DNA of 64,000 nucleotides from Felis catus (Eukaryota), in the NCBI RefSeq assembly GCF_018350175.1, contig NC_058368.1, forward strand, positions 137,394,001 to 137,458,000, written 5' to 3'. This document shows, in pieces, positions 24,701 to 38,352 of the stretch. The stretch's first letter is position 1. Each line of letters starts with the position of its first letter. The translations under genes were made by a program, and so were the position numbers. Under the pieces are notes generated by a model. The model saw nothing but the letters and a program-made list of their open reading frames with translations, made no database searches and was not told the origin of the DNA.

Positions 24701-27238
24701 AGCTTCTCTCTTTGAAGGATTCTAACAGAACAAAAGCTGCTGATCAACCTAAGTTGGAAACAGAAAGTGTATTTAATATAATTTAAATGCATGTTTGGCA
24801 GTTCAGTGTTGTAGTCGGTTCATTAGCAAGTGAACTTAGTGCCACAGAATTCATTTATTCAGGAAAGAATTTTGCTTTTTGTATTGTCTAATCTCTTTAA
24901 TAACTTCATACCATGTAAAAAAAAAATCACTTTTTTATATTTTTTAGTTGGTTATTTCCCAAATAATCAACATGTAAATAATCTTTAAGAGCCAGTTCTG
25001 ATGCTTTACATTATTGCTACTTGATTTGTGACGCAAGTTAGGTTTCAGAAGAATAGATTTTAAGACACTTAACCAAGCCATTACATCTTAAAAATGAAAG
25101 AAGTAGCATACATTTTGTAATTAACATATTGATAAACACTGTGATTTTTTTTGTTAAGACTTTTTCATTGATCTGAATTGCTTAAATTGCATATATTGTA
25201 AAATAGGATCAGATGTATATTTTAAAATAATTTGAACTGACTTTTCCTCTCTTGAAATGCTTTGTCTACTCAGTTATGAAATATTCAGATACAAGTTTTA
25301 TCTCAGGTGAATACTCTTGTATCCTTTTTGCTTTGGTGACATATGCTATAAAGGTTCATCGTACTTAGTTTGTTTTTTAGTGTATTTCATGAAGAATCTT
25401 CGCATTTAGTCAGATTTTCCAATCCTTACTCTAGCAGACTAGGGTGGTATAGATCCCTCCTGGCAAGCCTTTTGCATGCAGGTTTACCTTGAAAGTGAGT
25501 TCAATTTGGTCCTCCTTTTCTCCAAACCCTCAAGATAGGAAAAGGGGTTTTTCTGTCCTGTACTGAATTACCCTGCATAGCTGAGATGCCAGAATTAAAC
25601 TAATTATATCTTAAGCTCTTTAGTCTAAATTTAACTTTAAATCCTTTGCCATAAAGAAAAAAGTGGTTTTTTTGCTTCATATAATTAATCTATATTATTC
25701 ATATTGAATGTATTAACAGATAACGGTGCAAAAGACATTCTTCCCAAGAGAAGAGTGTACCATGCGTAACTGCAATTTAAATCCTTCTTTAGTAGTACTT
25801 TAAAATACAGCTTTGCTTATTGAGTTATTTTTGCAAATATTACAAGGGGGAAAACACTAACTGTTGCTACTAGTACTGTTACTGAAGTGTAGGCATTGAA
25901 ATCTTAAAAACTAGGGTCTTCAGATTAAGGGATAATCTAGGTGAAAAATCAGATCGATAAAGAGCTGTGTAACAATATCATCTAGTAATAATACCATGCA
26001 AGAGCATTGTATACTTACTTAGTAGACTTCATACTGTATTAAATACGGAGATATTTCTAATGCCTCTTAAAATTAAATTTTGCATAAAAGTTTTCATTCA
26101 CTTGTACACTTTCCAGGTGACTTGTGACGAATTTTTTCAGTCTTAATTTAGACCTTTCCCCCATTGGTATTACTTATATGTAGAGGATTCTTTACCTTTA
26201 TTCCTAATTCTTATACATGTTAATTTTAAGGTATACATTTAAATTAATAGCAACTGTTTATTGTGATTTGTATCCCAGAATGTATTGTGTTTTTAAAAAA
26301 ACTGTATGCATGATTTTAAGGGAAGTTAAAATGGTGATTTTTTTTTTCTCACCTCTTGTACATTTTAAAACCAAACCAAATCTTTTTGCCAAGCACTGTA
26401 TCACTAATTAGGAAAATAGTATTTTCCCTTTTGTTGAAATTTTTGTTCATCTACCATAGAATCCTCTTTTACTATGGCTTGGTATTATGCAGAATTAGCT
26501 ATTTTGCAAGTCTAATTATCTTCCTCAAAGCCTACTATAACATGGTTAGCCTGTAAGGCAGTGTTTGTCCCCTCCTAATACCAGCCTCATAAAGGGGTTT
26601 CGCTGTACTTTCCCCATATTACCTTACTGATGTTTTCCTGTGTGGATATATAACCAAATTAAGATTGGATGATTTCTATGGAGATAATAATTAGACAATA
26701 CTGTATAATTAATTTTACTTAGTAGATGATCATCTGTGAGAAGAGATGTTTAAACGTGGTTAATGACTTCACTTCATATTATAAAGCAGTTTTACAATTA
26801 ATATTCATGTTAACATTGGGTGCAATAATTTAGTAGTTTTAGCGTTAGTTATAAATAACTGGATCTTTCTGCTGACAACTTAGGTTGTATGAGTTATGCT
26901 TAAAAGCTTTAAATCTGATGTTTCCTGTACCTGCCACACTATGTTAGAATGTGTCCTTCAAATAGATCCTCCTGCAACTTCTCAAACTGTACTAAATTGA
27001 TATTTCTTGAAGTCTAACTCTGTGCTAACAGATCTTCATTTTAAATAGAATATGGTTTTAATTTTTGATAAGCTGCTGAATTTTAAAGAGAGTTTTTTGG
27101 GGCCACCAAATATTTTGGATCATGCAGAGAATATATATTGTACTGTAGTAATTTTGTATTTACATTTGTATGATGTGACATAATAGATGTGAATGTTAAT
27201 CACTGCTTGACTATGTTAATAAAGTTGTTTAACTATAG
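21483..27238 (+). other. TNPO1: TNPO1 terminal non-coding exon (~5.75 kb 3'UTR)
   Basis: Strong acceptor ttttcttttcttatag ending 21482; AT-rich stretch with no recognisable transposons, ending after AATAAA 27218-27223; 3' end approximate. Confidence 0.85.
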
Positions 27239-27260
27239 ATGTTTCACTCTGATTTTTAAT
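27218..27260 (+). terminator. Distal polyadenylation signal of TNPO1
   Basis: AATAAA with upstream TGTA motifs and downstream T/GT-rich sequence. Confidence 0.8.
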
Positions 27261-28503
27261 GAAAGGAAATGAGCTTTCTTTCCCTCCCTACCCCCCATTT
27301 TGGGTCCAGATCAGTCTTGTTGTGTTGTTTTTTGTTGTTTGGGGATTTTTGTTTGTTTCAGGTTTTTTTCTTAGCTTACATATAGTGCACTCTTGTTTGG
27401 CAACCATTTTTAAATTGAAGTATTTTTTATTTTTATAGTTCAGTAAAAATATCTGTCCCACATTTTAATTTAACTGCTATTGTTGGTGTATTTTCTAAAC
27501 AGATTCTAGGTTCAGCTTTTTGTGGACAAGGAGGGAAAAATAGTGCTCTGCAAAAGGAATTGAAAAGATGAAGTCCTGAATAAAACATCGTGAGGATAGA
27601 TTGCCTGAATGTGTATGGATGTGTGTCCTATTAAGGCGAGATTCCAGGGTTTAGGACTTAGATTGTGGGAGAAAATACTCAAAGGCAGCCTAATTATTGG
27701 TCATTCAAGATCCTGATTTGCTGCTATAATCTCAAAGAAACTGTGCCTGAAAGTAAAAACTTTTGGGTTTTTTGGTAAGTCTTTTAATATTTTTGTGAAA
27801 CTAAAATACAAATGTTAGGATGTTTTCACTTGATCCTTCTTTTTTTAACTGATGGGCATTTTTATCTTGTGATTACTTCAAAATTCATGTTGTTTTAAGT
27901 AGGTTACCTATGATTCTTTAGGAGTGATTGGAAAAGAAGCTTTTGAACTAGACAGCTCTTGAGTTTGGACTTGTTCCTTACCATACCAGTTGAATGTAGA
28001 AACTGAAGCTGTTGACTGTCATTTTGTAATCCTTAATGTCAGAGTCGTGTTAACTGGATGTAAGACAACCTCTTGAAACATCCACATTGATTTCCAGTTC
28101 AACACAATTGCAAATTACAGTTCAGAAATTCAACACCATTTCTAAACCATTGACAGTAGTGCTCCTGGGGAAATTGGTATACTAAGAACCTTAAGGTTTA
28201 TGTGCTAGCCGTTAATGTGATTCATTCTATGCCTCTTATAATGATCTTTCTCTGACACTGTTTTCAGTTCCAAGTATTCTTTTTCAAGCCTTTTGAAGAA
28301 TTTCATTAAACAATTTAATAATTGACCATTTCTGTGCACCTAGGAAGATAGTGAATTGGTGCATTGCTTTTAGTATCCAAATTTACCTGTTAATACACAT
28401 TGACATGATAGCTACACTCTTTCCATGAACAGTTTTACAACCATCTTACTACTTTTGGACATTGTCAGAAGTTCTCATTTTTCACTCTTAGAAATAAAGT
28501 TGT

Positions 28504-28644
28504 GGGGCACCTGGGTAGATGGCTGTTGGTTAAAGTGTCTGATTCTTGATCTCAGCTCAGGTCTTGATCTCAGGATGGTGAATTCAAGCCCTGCATTGGG
28601 CTCCATGTTGGGTGTGGAGCCTACTTTAAAAAGAAAAAAAAAAA
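28504..28644 (+). mobile_element. Short, old-type Can-SINE
   Basis: ggggcacctgggt...cttgatctcagctcagg...gagcctacttt plus poly-A. Confidence 0.8.
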
Positions 28645-28929
28645 GTTGTGATGAATGTCCCTGTGCTGAAATGTTCGTATGCCTGCAGTAGTTTTCTTGT
28701 TTTTAGTGGAATTGCCGTGTCTAAAGGAGACAGCTGCAGCCCAATTTCCTTTCAGATAAAGTTCTAATTTTCATACCCAGCAGCATTCTCAGTGAATGAT
28801 GTTGTATGCTGTGAATTATAATTTAATAGCAAGGTTTTCTAACTTTAGGAAATTTTATATACAGAATTCATCTTCATGTTACATATTTAACATTTGTCTA
28901 AGTCTTCTGTCACAGGCACATTCCCTGGT

Positions 28930-29700
28930 TTCATGGAACTTAGATCTTGTAGGAAGGCAAATAAGTGAGTTACATGGTGGCAAGTGCCAGGGAGAAAAAG
29001 CAGATGAAAGGTATTGATGGAATGAGGCTTGCTATTTTTAATGAGATGAGGGGAGATAGAAGAAAGTCTAAAGGGTGTCACTTGAGCAAAAACTTGAAGG
29101 AGCCAGCCCATAGATGTCTGGGAATGAGTATTTAAAAGTAAAGGGGGCAAGAAAGACCAATACCTTGAGACAGTAATAGGTTTGGTATGTTTTGCATGCA
29201 AATGAGAAGGGTGTAGCTCCAGCCCTGGGTGCAAGGGAGAAGAGTAGTTAGATATGATCCAAGAGGTAACTGAAGGCCCAATGGTATAGGTCAGTTTTGC
29301 ACTTGTGAAGTAAGGAACCATGGTTGGATTACCTGGCTGTATTTTAAAGGAGGAATCCAGATTTGCCAACATGAGGACGGGTTGTGTGAGGGAAGAAATC
29401 AAGAGAACTCTTAAGGCTTGGTCTGACTTGAGCAGCTGGAAGAATGGAAGTGTCCGTAATTAGAATAGAAATAATCCAATATTTGGGTTGAGACATCCAT
29501 GGGTGGGGCAGGGGGAGAAGTAGAGTAGGCAGTTGGAGGTCAGCGGAGATAACCTGGCTAACAAATGCAGAAAAACTGAGAGTGTATAAATGGTGCTTCA
29601 AACCATGAAACTGAATGAACATCATTAGAGGACTAGGGGAAAAAAAGGAAAGAGACACTCCAACACAAGTCTTAAGAATGGATAAAACTATAGGGGAGCA
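28930..29700 (-). mobile_element. L2 LINE relic
   Basis: Purine-rich degenerate L2 motifs (gagacatcca, gtaggcagttgga). Confidence 0.6.
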
Positions 29701-30169
29701 TGGTATTCTGATCAACAGAACAAGAATTTATATTTAACACAACGGAGGTCATTTTGACAAATTTAGGGCTCTGGAAGACTCAGAATAGGAGCTCTCTTCC
29801 TCCAAGGGTTGAAAGCCTGTAGGTTTTCCTTTTCCTCAAGGCAAGGTAGTTTTATGTTCTAGAAACTAAATTGTTCAAGCAATGTGGAAGCTTGTGAAGA
29901 GTGAGCAGCCCAAAGTGGCCAGAGATACAGAACTTCCCTAAATGATTAGCAGCTTGTAGTGTCGAAAGTTAAAAACTTCCCCACAAGATTAGCAGCCAGT
30001 TTTTTATTTAAGATATGATTAGCCCAGAGTTCATGTGCTAAAGCAAGAGATGGATGCCAGAGAAATTATGAGAGAAAGGTAGTAAGTATGGGGCAATCTC
30101 ATTCAGATATTTTCTTTTCAAATTATGGCTTCAGAAATGAAGAACTGCTTCATGAACAGGTAGCTCAAA

Positions 30170-31125
30170 AGAACTAAATCCAGAAACATCTCAATATACA
30201 TGAAACTAGTGTATGATACTTAAGTGAAAAAAGATGAATTTGACGAGTGTTGGCAAATCTGGGTAGACATCGGTGCAAAAAAAAAAAAAATATTCCTATC
30301 TCATACTAAGAAAATGCTAGATCTAAGTTGAAACCTTAAATTTTATTATATATATTTTTTTCCTTAGCACGGGGAAGGCATTTCTAGGTATGATACCTCA
30401 AAAGTCTTGAAGGAGGAGATTCTTTAACAAGCGTAAAAATTCTGCATGGCAAAGTAAAAACCTGGAGGAAACTTTGCAGCTCCTTTCACAGAAAATGGTG
30501 AATTTCCTTAACTTCTAAAGACAAGTCAGTAAGGCAGCTCAGTAGGATATTAATAGTTCACAGAAGGCTAAATACAGTTTTATACATATATTCAACTCCG
30601 TCAACTGAAATTCATACTTGAGTTGCTTTCACATTGACGAAAGCTAGAAAGCCGTGGTGACGGTGCACTCTTCCCTGTGGAGTACGGAAACAGGAATTTG
30701 TGCACTGCTAGCAGGAGTGAAATTCATAGGATATGAAGGGCAATTTAGAAATACCAAAATTTAAAATATGTATATCCTTTGGCCTATAAATCCTCCCCTA
30801 AGTAACTTAGATGATAGCCCATAATGGCAAGATGCCACACGTCTTTTCACATTCCTAAATGAGCAAAAATTGAAAATACCACAACAGAGGAACAGGAACT
30901 CTCACAATACTGATTTAAAACAACTACTTTGCAAAACAATTTGCCATTACCTAGTAAAGTTGAACATTTGTAGATGCTAAGACTCAACAATTCTACGACT
31001 ATCCCTTAGAATAACTCCATGTATGTGCTAGGAAACCTACAAAGATCTTCATATCAGCTTTGTAATTGTAAAAATTAAAAAAGGAACAGTCGAAATGTTC
31101 CACACAATGGATGAATTTTAAAAGT
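30170..31125 (+). mobile_element. Ancient L1 (L1M-type) relic
   Basis: Degenerate A-rich ORF2-end/3'UTR motifs. Confidence 0.55.
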
Positions 31126-31134
31126 AGTACTGAG

Positions 31135-31607
31135 CGGGGGCATGTGGCTCTTGATCTCGGGATTTTAAGTTCGAGCCCCACATAGGATGTAGAGATTACT
31201 TAAAATCTCTCTTTTTTTTTAAAGTGGTACTGGGGCTACTGGGTGGCTCAGTCTGCCCAAGTCGTGATCCCATGATTTGTGGGTTCAAGCCTCACATCCA
31301 GCTCTGCGCTGACAGCTCAGAGCCTACTTAGGATTCTCTCTCTCCTCTCTCTGCCCCTCTTCACTTGCTATCTCTCAAGTAAACATTTAAAAAAGAGTGC
31401 TGAGGGGTGCCCAGTTGGCTCGGTTAAGCGTCTGACTTCGGCTCAGGTCATGATCTTGTACTTTTGAGTTTGAGCCCCATGTCAGGCTCTGTGCTGACAG
31501 CTCAGAGCCTGAAGCCTGCTTTGGATTCTGGGTCTCCCTCTCTGACCCATCCCTGTTCATGCTCTGTCTCTCTCTCTCTCAAAAATAAACAAACATTAAA
31601 AAAAAAT
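31135..31607 (+). mobile_element. Cluster of three tandem Can-SINEs or fragments
   Basis: Heads at ~31135, ~31231 and ~31404. Confidence 0.8.
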
Positions 31608-31863
31608 GAGTCCTGAGCAAAATAAGCTAGGGTTTTGGTAGAATACCTATAGAAAAACCATTTATATAAAATTCAAAAACATGAAACTGAAAAACACATG
31701 AGTAGGAATGTATACGTGTATAGTGCAAAATACATGTATAATACAAAATTAAGATGTTTACATCTTGGAGAGCTGAAGGTGCAATGAGTGAGTTGTGGCT
31801 ACATTTTATGCTAAAGCTTTAAATGGTACATAAATATGTACTCATGTATGTTTCACACAAAAC

Positions 31864-32090
31864 TTTTTTTTTTTTAATTTTTTTTTTCAATGTTTATTTA
31901 TTTTTGGGACAGAGAGAGACAGAGCATGAACGGGGGAGGGGCAGAGAGAGAGGGAGACACAGAATCGGAAACAGGCTCCAGGCTCTGAGCCATCAGCCCA
32001 GAGCCTGACGCGGGGCTCGAACCCACGGACCGCGAGATCGTGACCTGGCTGAAGTCGGACGCTCAACCGACTGCGCCACCCAGGCGCCCC
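31864..32090 (-). mobile_element. Young SINEC_Fc-like element with 15-bp TSD tttcacacaaaactt
   Basis: TSD at 31851 and 32093. Confidence 0.93.
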
Positions 32091-33049
32091 TATTTCACAC
32101 AAAACTTAATAACAAGGTCATCTTTTATAATCAGACCTGAAGGCAAGTTACTTCTGGTAACACTTCATGGGTTAGCTCAAAGTCATTTCAATCTAGTATA
32201 CCTAGGAACTAGAATTTTGTTAAACTTCTGAGGTACTCAATACTTTCTAACAAGGCCAGGTAATACACTTCTCTATTCACCTTTCTGGCATCTTTACTGA
32301 TAAGTTTTTTCTAAGTATTTTATTTTTACATTTTCACTTTGAAGACACATTTTCCCAAATAAGAAAGTTCATTTAAAATGTTGTCTTCTTGAGGCAATTG
32401 GGTGGTTCCGTCAGTTAAAAGTCCAACTCTTGATACCCAGGTTGTGAGTTCAGGCCCCGCGTTAGCCTCTGAGCTGGGCGTGAAGCCTACTTAAAAAAAG
32501 CAGAAAAAAAAAAAAAAAAAGATGTCTTCTTAACACTAGTTTCCTTATCACAACTTAGACTTTCAAAAATTTAACTCATGTTCAAAAGCCTCTTTATATG
32601 AGGGAAGGAAGAAATTAACGGTTACTAAGCCTTTCTTCCATGAACTTTGGAATTTTACAGTAATTTGTGGTAAGCCTCATCCTTTTTGTCATTTGTGGGC
32701 ATGCACATCTTCTTTAAGGTTCTTAACACTAATTTTAATTTTCTTGAGATCTAAGACTAGCTTAAACTATACCCAAGTACTATATGTCTAAGTCAAAACA
32801 TTTCCACTAGATGGAGCCATTTACCTAGATTAACTCTGGACTGTAAGTACAATATTTTGTAGGAGCATAAGGCACATACATAGAGATTTCCACCCCTTAG
32901 GCCCACCCCCAAAATGTCATTTTTACATTAAAATAATCTCAAAATTTTTTTTCCTGATTGTGATTTTTAAATTTCAATGTTACTCTCTCGTAGAACGCAG
33001 GGAAACTTCAAGATGTTTCCTTAAGTTCAACTACAGAGTTTATGGTCTA

Positions 33050-33151
33050 GGCAGGACATCTCAAAGTTTAGCATGCATGCATGTTACTTGACAGTCTTGT
33101 TGAGGTGCAGAACCTGATTTGGTAAGTCTGGGTGGGGGCCAAGATTCTACA

Positions 33152-33183
<32 letters not shown>

Positions 33184-33455
33184 TCTTTTTTGAGAGAAAG
33201 CGTGAGTGGAGGGGGACAGAGAGAGACACAGAATTCAAAACAAGCTCCAGGCTCTGAGCTGTCAGCACAGCCCGATGAACCATGAGCTCGAACCCATGAA
33301 CCATGAGATCATGACCTGAGCCAAAGTCAGTCAGACACTTAACCGACTGAGCCACCGAGGTGCCCCCAAGATTGTATGTACATTTCTAGTAGATCCCCAA
33401 ATGTTGCCGTGGTGCTTGTTTATGGACCTTACTTTGGAGTACCAAGAACCTAGAG
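33050..33455. mobile_element. MER5-like relic interrupted by a minus-strand Can-SINE (~33155-33367)
   Basis: gtctgggtgggggccaagattctacattt ... ggaccttactttggagta motifs on both sides of the SINE. Confidence 0.65.
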
Positions 33456-34628
33456 AGTTCTTGGGAACCTGAAGTTCCCTTATGACATAAGAGAATAAAC
33501 AGTTAACATGTATGTAAACTTTACAAAAGGGTAGGGACTTTAAGTCCCTACCCTTTTTTTGTTCACAATTACTTTAGTAATTCCTGAAACAAAATTAGCT
33601 GTCCAATAAATGTTTCTTGAATGAATGAAGGCAAGGTCTTAAGTGTTTTTTTGTGCGATGACTCATTTAATCTTGACAGCCTATGAAGTCAGTTTTTATT
33701 ATTACCATTATTATTCCCGTTCACAGACAAGAAAATTAAAGCCATATGTAGTGGAACCAGGATTTGAACTCCAATACATGGTTGAACTTGTCATTCTGGC
33801 TCTGGAGCCGGTGTTTTTGACAAAAATACTATGTTGCCACTCATTTTAGGTAACCCATCACCAAAAAAGAGACAAAGTCCCAAAGTGATGTAGGCACTTA
33901 CTGTCCAAAGGCTTTGTAATGTATCACTTTATGGTCACTTGTTCCTGCCAGATTGGGGGGCCGTGCTACTACATAGAATCCCAACAGTGGGAGTCAAGAC
34001 TGTATAAGTGTGCACACCATTTCCCCACTTTCTGAGTTGGCTTACAGATTGGGGTGGGAAAGAAATAGACATTCGACTAAGACCCACTCTGGGTTCGCAA
34101 AGGAACAGAATGCCACCAGTCCTTACCCCATTAGCTAATTTGGTTAAGTCTTGTAGTTTTAGTTTCATTGACCGAAAGAATGAATAATGATCACAAATTG
34201 CAGATGACCAATAGGGACTCCCTAAGTGCCGATTGGTATCCAGGCACATGGGAGTCATTTAACATCTATCTTGCAGGTGTCTTGCTGAGCCGGGATTCTG
34301 TGTTGGGTCATCTCTGGCTTCTTTTGGGAATTGTTAATCCAATTATATCATCGTATCATCAGAAGAAACTTTTACTTTATATTGTTATTTTTTGTTATTT
34401 TTCTAGTCTTCTAATCTTTGATCTCGTTTGCAAACCTGGCAAAAAGGAGACAGATCGACCAGAAGTCACTCATTATTTAAGTAGTTGTGGGCTGGGTTGT
34501 ACTGATTAACTTCACTCATTTGTTTATTACTTGAACAAATTTCCTACAACAAATTCTATTTTATGTGCTTTGCGGTTGAAACTTAAAATTTCTGCAGCTT
34601 TGCATTTTACCTTGAATTAATATCCCAC

Positions 34629-34838
34629 GGGGCGCCTGGGTGGCGCAGTCGGTTAAGCGTCCAACTTCAGCCAGGTCACGATCTCGCGGTCCGTGAGTTC
34701 GAGCCCCGCATCAGGCTCTGGGCTGATGGCTCAGAGCCTGGAGCCTGTTTCCAATTCTGTGTCTCCCTCTCTCTCTGCCCCTCCCCCGTTCATGCTCTGT
34801 CTCTCTCTGTCCCAAAAATAAATAAAACGTTGAAAAAG

Positions 34839-34906
<68 letters not shown>
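34629..34906 (+). mobile_element. Young SINEC_Fc-like element whose tail runs into a (TA)n microsatellite
   Basis: ggggcgcctgggtggcgcagtcgg head; TSD atatccca. Confidence 0.93.
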
Positions 34907-34909
<3 letters not shown>

Positions 34910-35479
34910 AGTAAAACCATATTTTTTAAGCAGTTTATAAAGACCCACATATCAGAAACATATCAGAAAGCGCTTATCTTAGGACACATAAATGGCAGAG
35001 CCTGTATAAATTCAGATTTCTATAAAACCTTTTCCCTATTTTGGATGTTTTTGTTCCCTGTGGTCCAAAGGTCCCATCACTGCTCCAGTCTTCTCTCCGA
35101 CAATGAATAACTATCCTAACTCAGTACTTTGAAGAAGTACTTACTATATTAAAATTGTTTTCTTCCTGTGGTTCTTAGGAGCCAAATCAAATTTTCACAA
35201 TTTTCTGTGTCCTCTGGCTCTTGCTACATTTCCCAGCTCACATTCACATCTTTCTTGAAGCTCCTGCCACACCTACCTCATTGTTCTCAGACTTGTGAAG
35301 TGAGGGAAACCTTACAGCCTTCACACCCTCTATTTCCTACATCTCCTCCCTTTTGATTCACATGGCTGGCTTCTTTTGGTCATTCATATTTTAGATTGAA
35401 TATCACCTCCCCACAGGGGGCCTTTCCTCATCACGCAGTCTAACCTGCAAGTCCCAAGTCATTATCTGTCATATCTCGG

Positions 35480-37990
35480 TTTTATTTTTCTTTATCACTG
35501 GTTTAGCTCATCATGTCTCTTTGAATCTCCTCCAAGCTTGGAGTTTTTCAGTCTTTCCTCCTTCTTCCTGACCTCGACAATTTTGAGGAGTATTTGGTGT
35601 CTTATAGAATCTTATTTTATATTTCTCAAATTCTGGATTGTCTGCTATTTTCATTTTAAACTGGGGTTATGGGTTTTTTTGTTTTTTGGGGGGGGTTGGT
35701 TTTTTTTTTTTTTTTTTTGAAGAGTACGGCAGAAGTGAAGCACCCTTCTCACTGCATCGTAACATCAATACGAGCTTTCACTGGTGACATTCACATGGAT
35801 CACTTTGTTAAGGTATGATCAGTCAGGTCCCTCCGGAGTGATGTTACTGGTTTTCCATTTCCATACGCCCTTCTTTTTGGAAGCAAATCTTTAAAACCAG
35901 CCCATACTCAGACAGAAGGGAATTAAACCTCACCCCCTAGGAGGGGGAGTACGTACATAGATTATTTGGAATTCCTCTCTAAAGATGTGTCCCTTCTCCC
36001 TTATTTATTTGTTTGTTTATATGAGTATGAACTCAACAATATTTGTTTTATTCTTTGAGTTATAGCCTAATAACGTCACTATTTCTTGCTCAGATTTTTC
36101 CAGCTTTGATTACTGGCGACACTTTCAGGTTGGTTTCTGTGTACTCTTGACATGTCCCCATCCTTCTTTATTTTTATTTTTAGCACTTGCTTACTCTCTG
36201 GCACTAAGCAATGCTCCAGGCTCATCTTGTGTATTCCCTGCTCCAGGCCTAGACTCAGCTATTTTCTGAGCCCTGCTTCCTTTTATTGGAGAACAGAACT
36301 GAAAAACCAAGATCTGGGTGCTGGAGGCACTAACTGCTGCTGGAGTATAACTGTCCTGACATCCTCTTACTGGACAGAGCAAGGAAATAAATGTATATAT
36401 AGACTGACCCATGTACACCCACACACCTGCACTTATTTCTGTACCAGTATGTAAAAATGAACACCAATTTATACCGGTATTTCCAACTCTAATCCATTCT
36501 AGTCTTCCCTTCTGCCCCTACCTTGTTGATTTAGAACTTCTTCCTCAGAAACTAATAAGCTGACACCACTTATCTTCGACGGTTATTTATTTACTTATTT
36601 GTTCGACTCCAATAAAAGTAAAGCAGTTTCAGAATTACTGACCGGAACCACGGTAAGAAACAAATTTGCCACCTAGGGCACGCTGCTCAGGTACAGTTCT
36701 CCCTTTCACCTTGCTTAGCTCAGCTTTTTTAACCCTACACTTGGATATACATACAGTTAGATTCACTTGTATCAGTCTGCATTTCATACTTCGAATCTCT
36801 ATCTCCCCCATCTTTTTGGTTCATTTCTTAAAATCAGCTTCCAGTAAAAGTTCTCTGGGTTTTGACAAATATAACCAAGCATTTCTCCACCACTTGAGAA
36901 CCAACACAGAACAGCTCAATACCTAAAATAATTTCCTCATGCAATTCCCTTCTAGTCAACTACTCTCCCTTTGTCCAACCCGTAGCAGCCACTGATCTGT
37001 TTTCCATTCTTTTGTTTTTGCCTTTGCAGTAATATCATATAAACGGAATCATACAGTATATAGCCTCTTGAGTCTGGCTTCTTCTACTTAGCAAAATGCT
37101 TTTAAGATTCATCCATACTGCATGAATCAGTGACTCGTTTCTTTTCATTGCTAAGTAGTGTTCCATTGTATGAATACCCTAGTTTATTTATTCTTTCATT
37201 TGTTGAAGAACATCTTGGTTGTTTCCTTCTTTGGAAATTAGGAATGATGCTGCTATAAACCTGCACATTCAAGCTTTGGGGTGTACAAAAGGTGTTCCTT
37301 GGGTAAATATTAATGGGTAAGTATTGTTGTCTTAAATCTTTAAGTTTGGGGGTAATTTGTCCCAGAGCAATAGATAACTAAAACTCTTGTTTCTCTGAAC
37401 CATTTGAGAGTAAGTTAGTTGCAGATGTGGCTTTGTCCATAAATACTTTAGTATGTGTTTCATAAAATACTCTCTTGTGTGACCACACAGAGAGATCGCA
37501 ATTAGAATCTAATTCGTATGCTTATTCAAATTTTACTCATTGCCCCAATGATGTCATTTATAACAAAATGAAATGTCCATATCCTCATATTATTCAGGCA
37601 GATATGTGTCTCTTTTTATCCTTTATTCTGGAAAGATGCCTCAGTCATTGTCTTTCATGATACATTTTTGAAGAGGACAAGCCAATTATTTTGTAAAATG
37701 TCCTTCATTTTGGGTTTATGTACTGTTTTCTAACTATTGGATTCAGAAATATGCATTTTTTTGACAGAAACACTGTTAGAGCAAGAGGCATATGTCAATT
37801 TGTGCTGTTATAGTGATGGCAACTTTGATCTCTTAATTCAGGCACTGTCTACCACATTTCTCAAATGTAAAATCACTAATTTCTTCTTTGTAATTGGTAA
37901 GTATTTGCAGGCTAATACCTTAAAATCAGGCAAATATTCTGTTTCTCTTTAAACTTTCACTCATTCATCTCAGCATTTATTGATTATTCT
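35480..37990 (-). mobile_element. Patchwork of old L1M 3' fragments with a short MLT1-like LTR piece (~37320-37385)
   Basis: catataaacggaatcatacagtat...ctggcttcttctacttagca...ttccattgtatgaatacc motifs. Confidence 0.6.
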
Positions 37991-38029
37991 TGTTTGAGTC
38001 AATTGTTACTATTGTGTTTTTCCACATTT

Positions 38030-38246
38030 TTAATTTTTTTTTTTAATGTTTATTTATTTTTGGGACAGAGAGAGACAGAGCATGAACGGGGGAGGGGCAG
38101 AGAGAGAGGGAGACACAGAATCGGAAACAGGCTCCAGGCTCTGAGCCATCAGCCCAGAGCCCAACGCGGGGCTCGAACTCACGGACCGTGAGATCGTGAC
38201 CTGGCTGAAGTCGGACACTTAACCGACTGTGCCACCCAGGCGCCCC
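38030..38246 (-). mobile_element. Young SINEC_Fc-like element, TSD tttccacattttt
   Basis: TSD on both sides. Confidence 0.93.
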
Positions 38247-38352
38247 TTTCCACATTTTTTAGGTGGCATTCTATTATAAGAGACGGCTTTCCTTTGTCAC
38301 TATTCATTTATATCAGTATGACTAAATGGATGTTAAAGAACTTTGACTTTAA

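Noticed and set aside
28887..29715. 171-aa and 123-aa minus-strand ORFs
   Set aside because: Lie within a degenerate L2 relic; no splice or domain support
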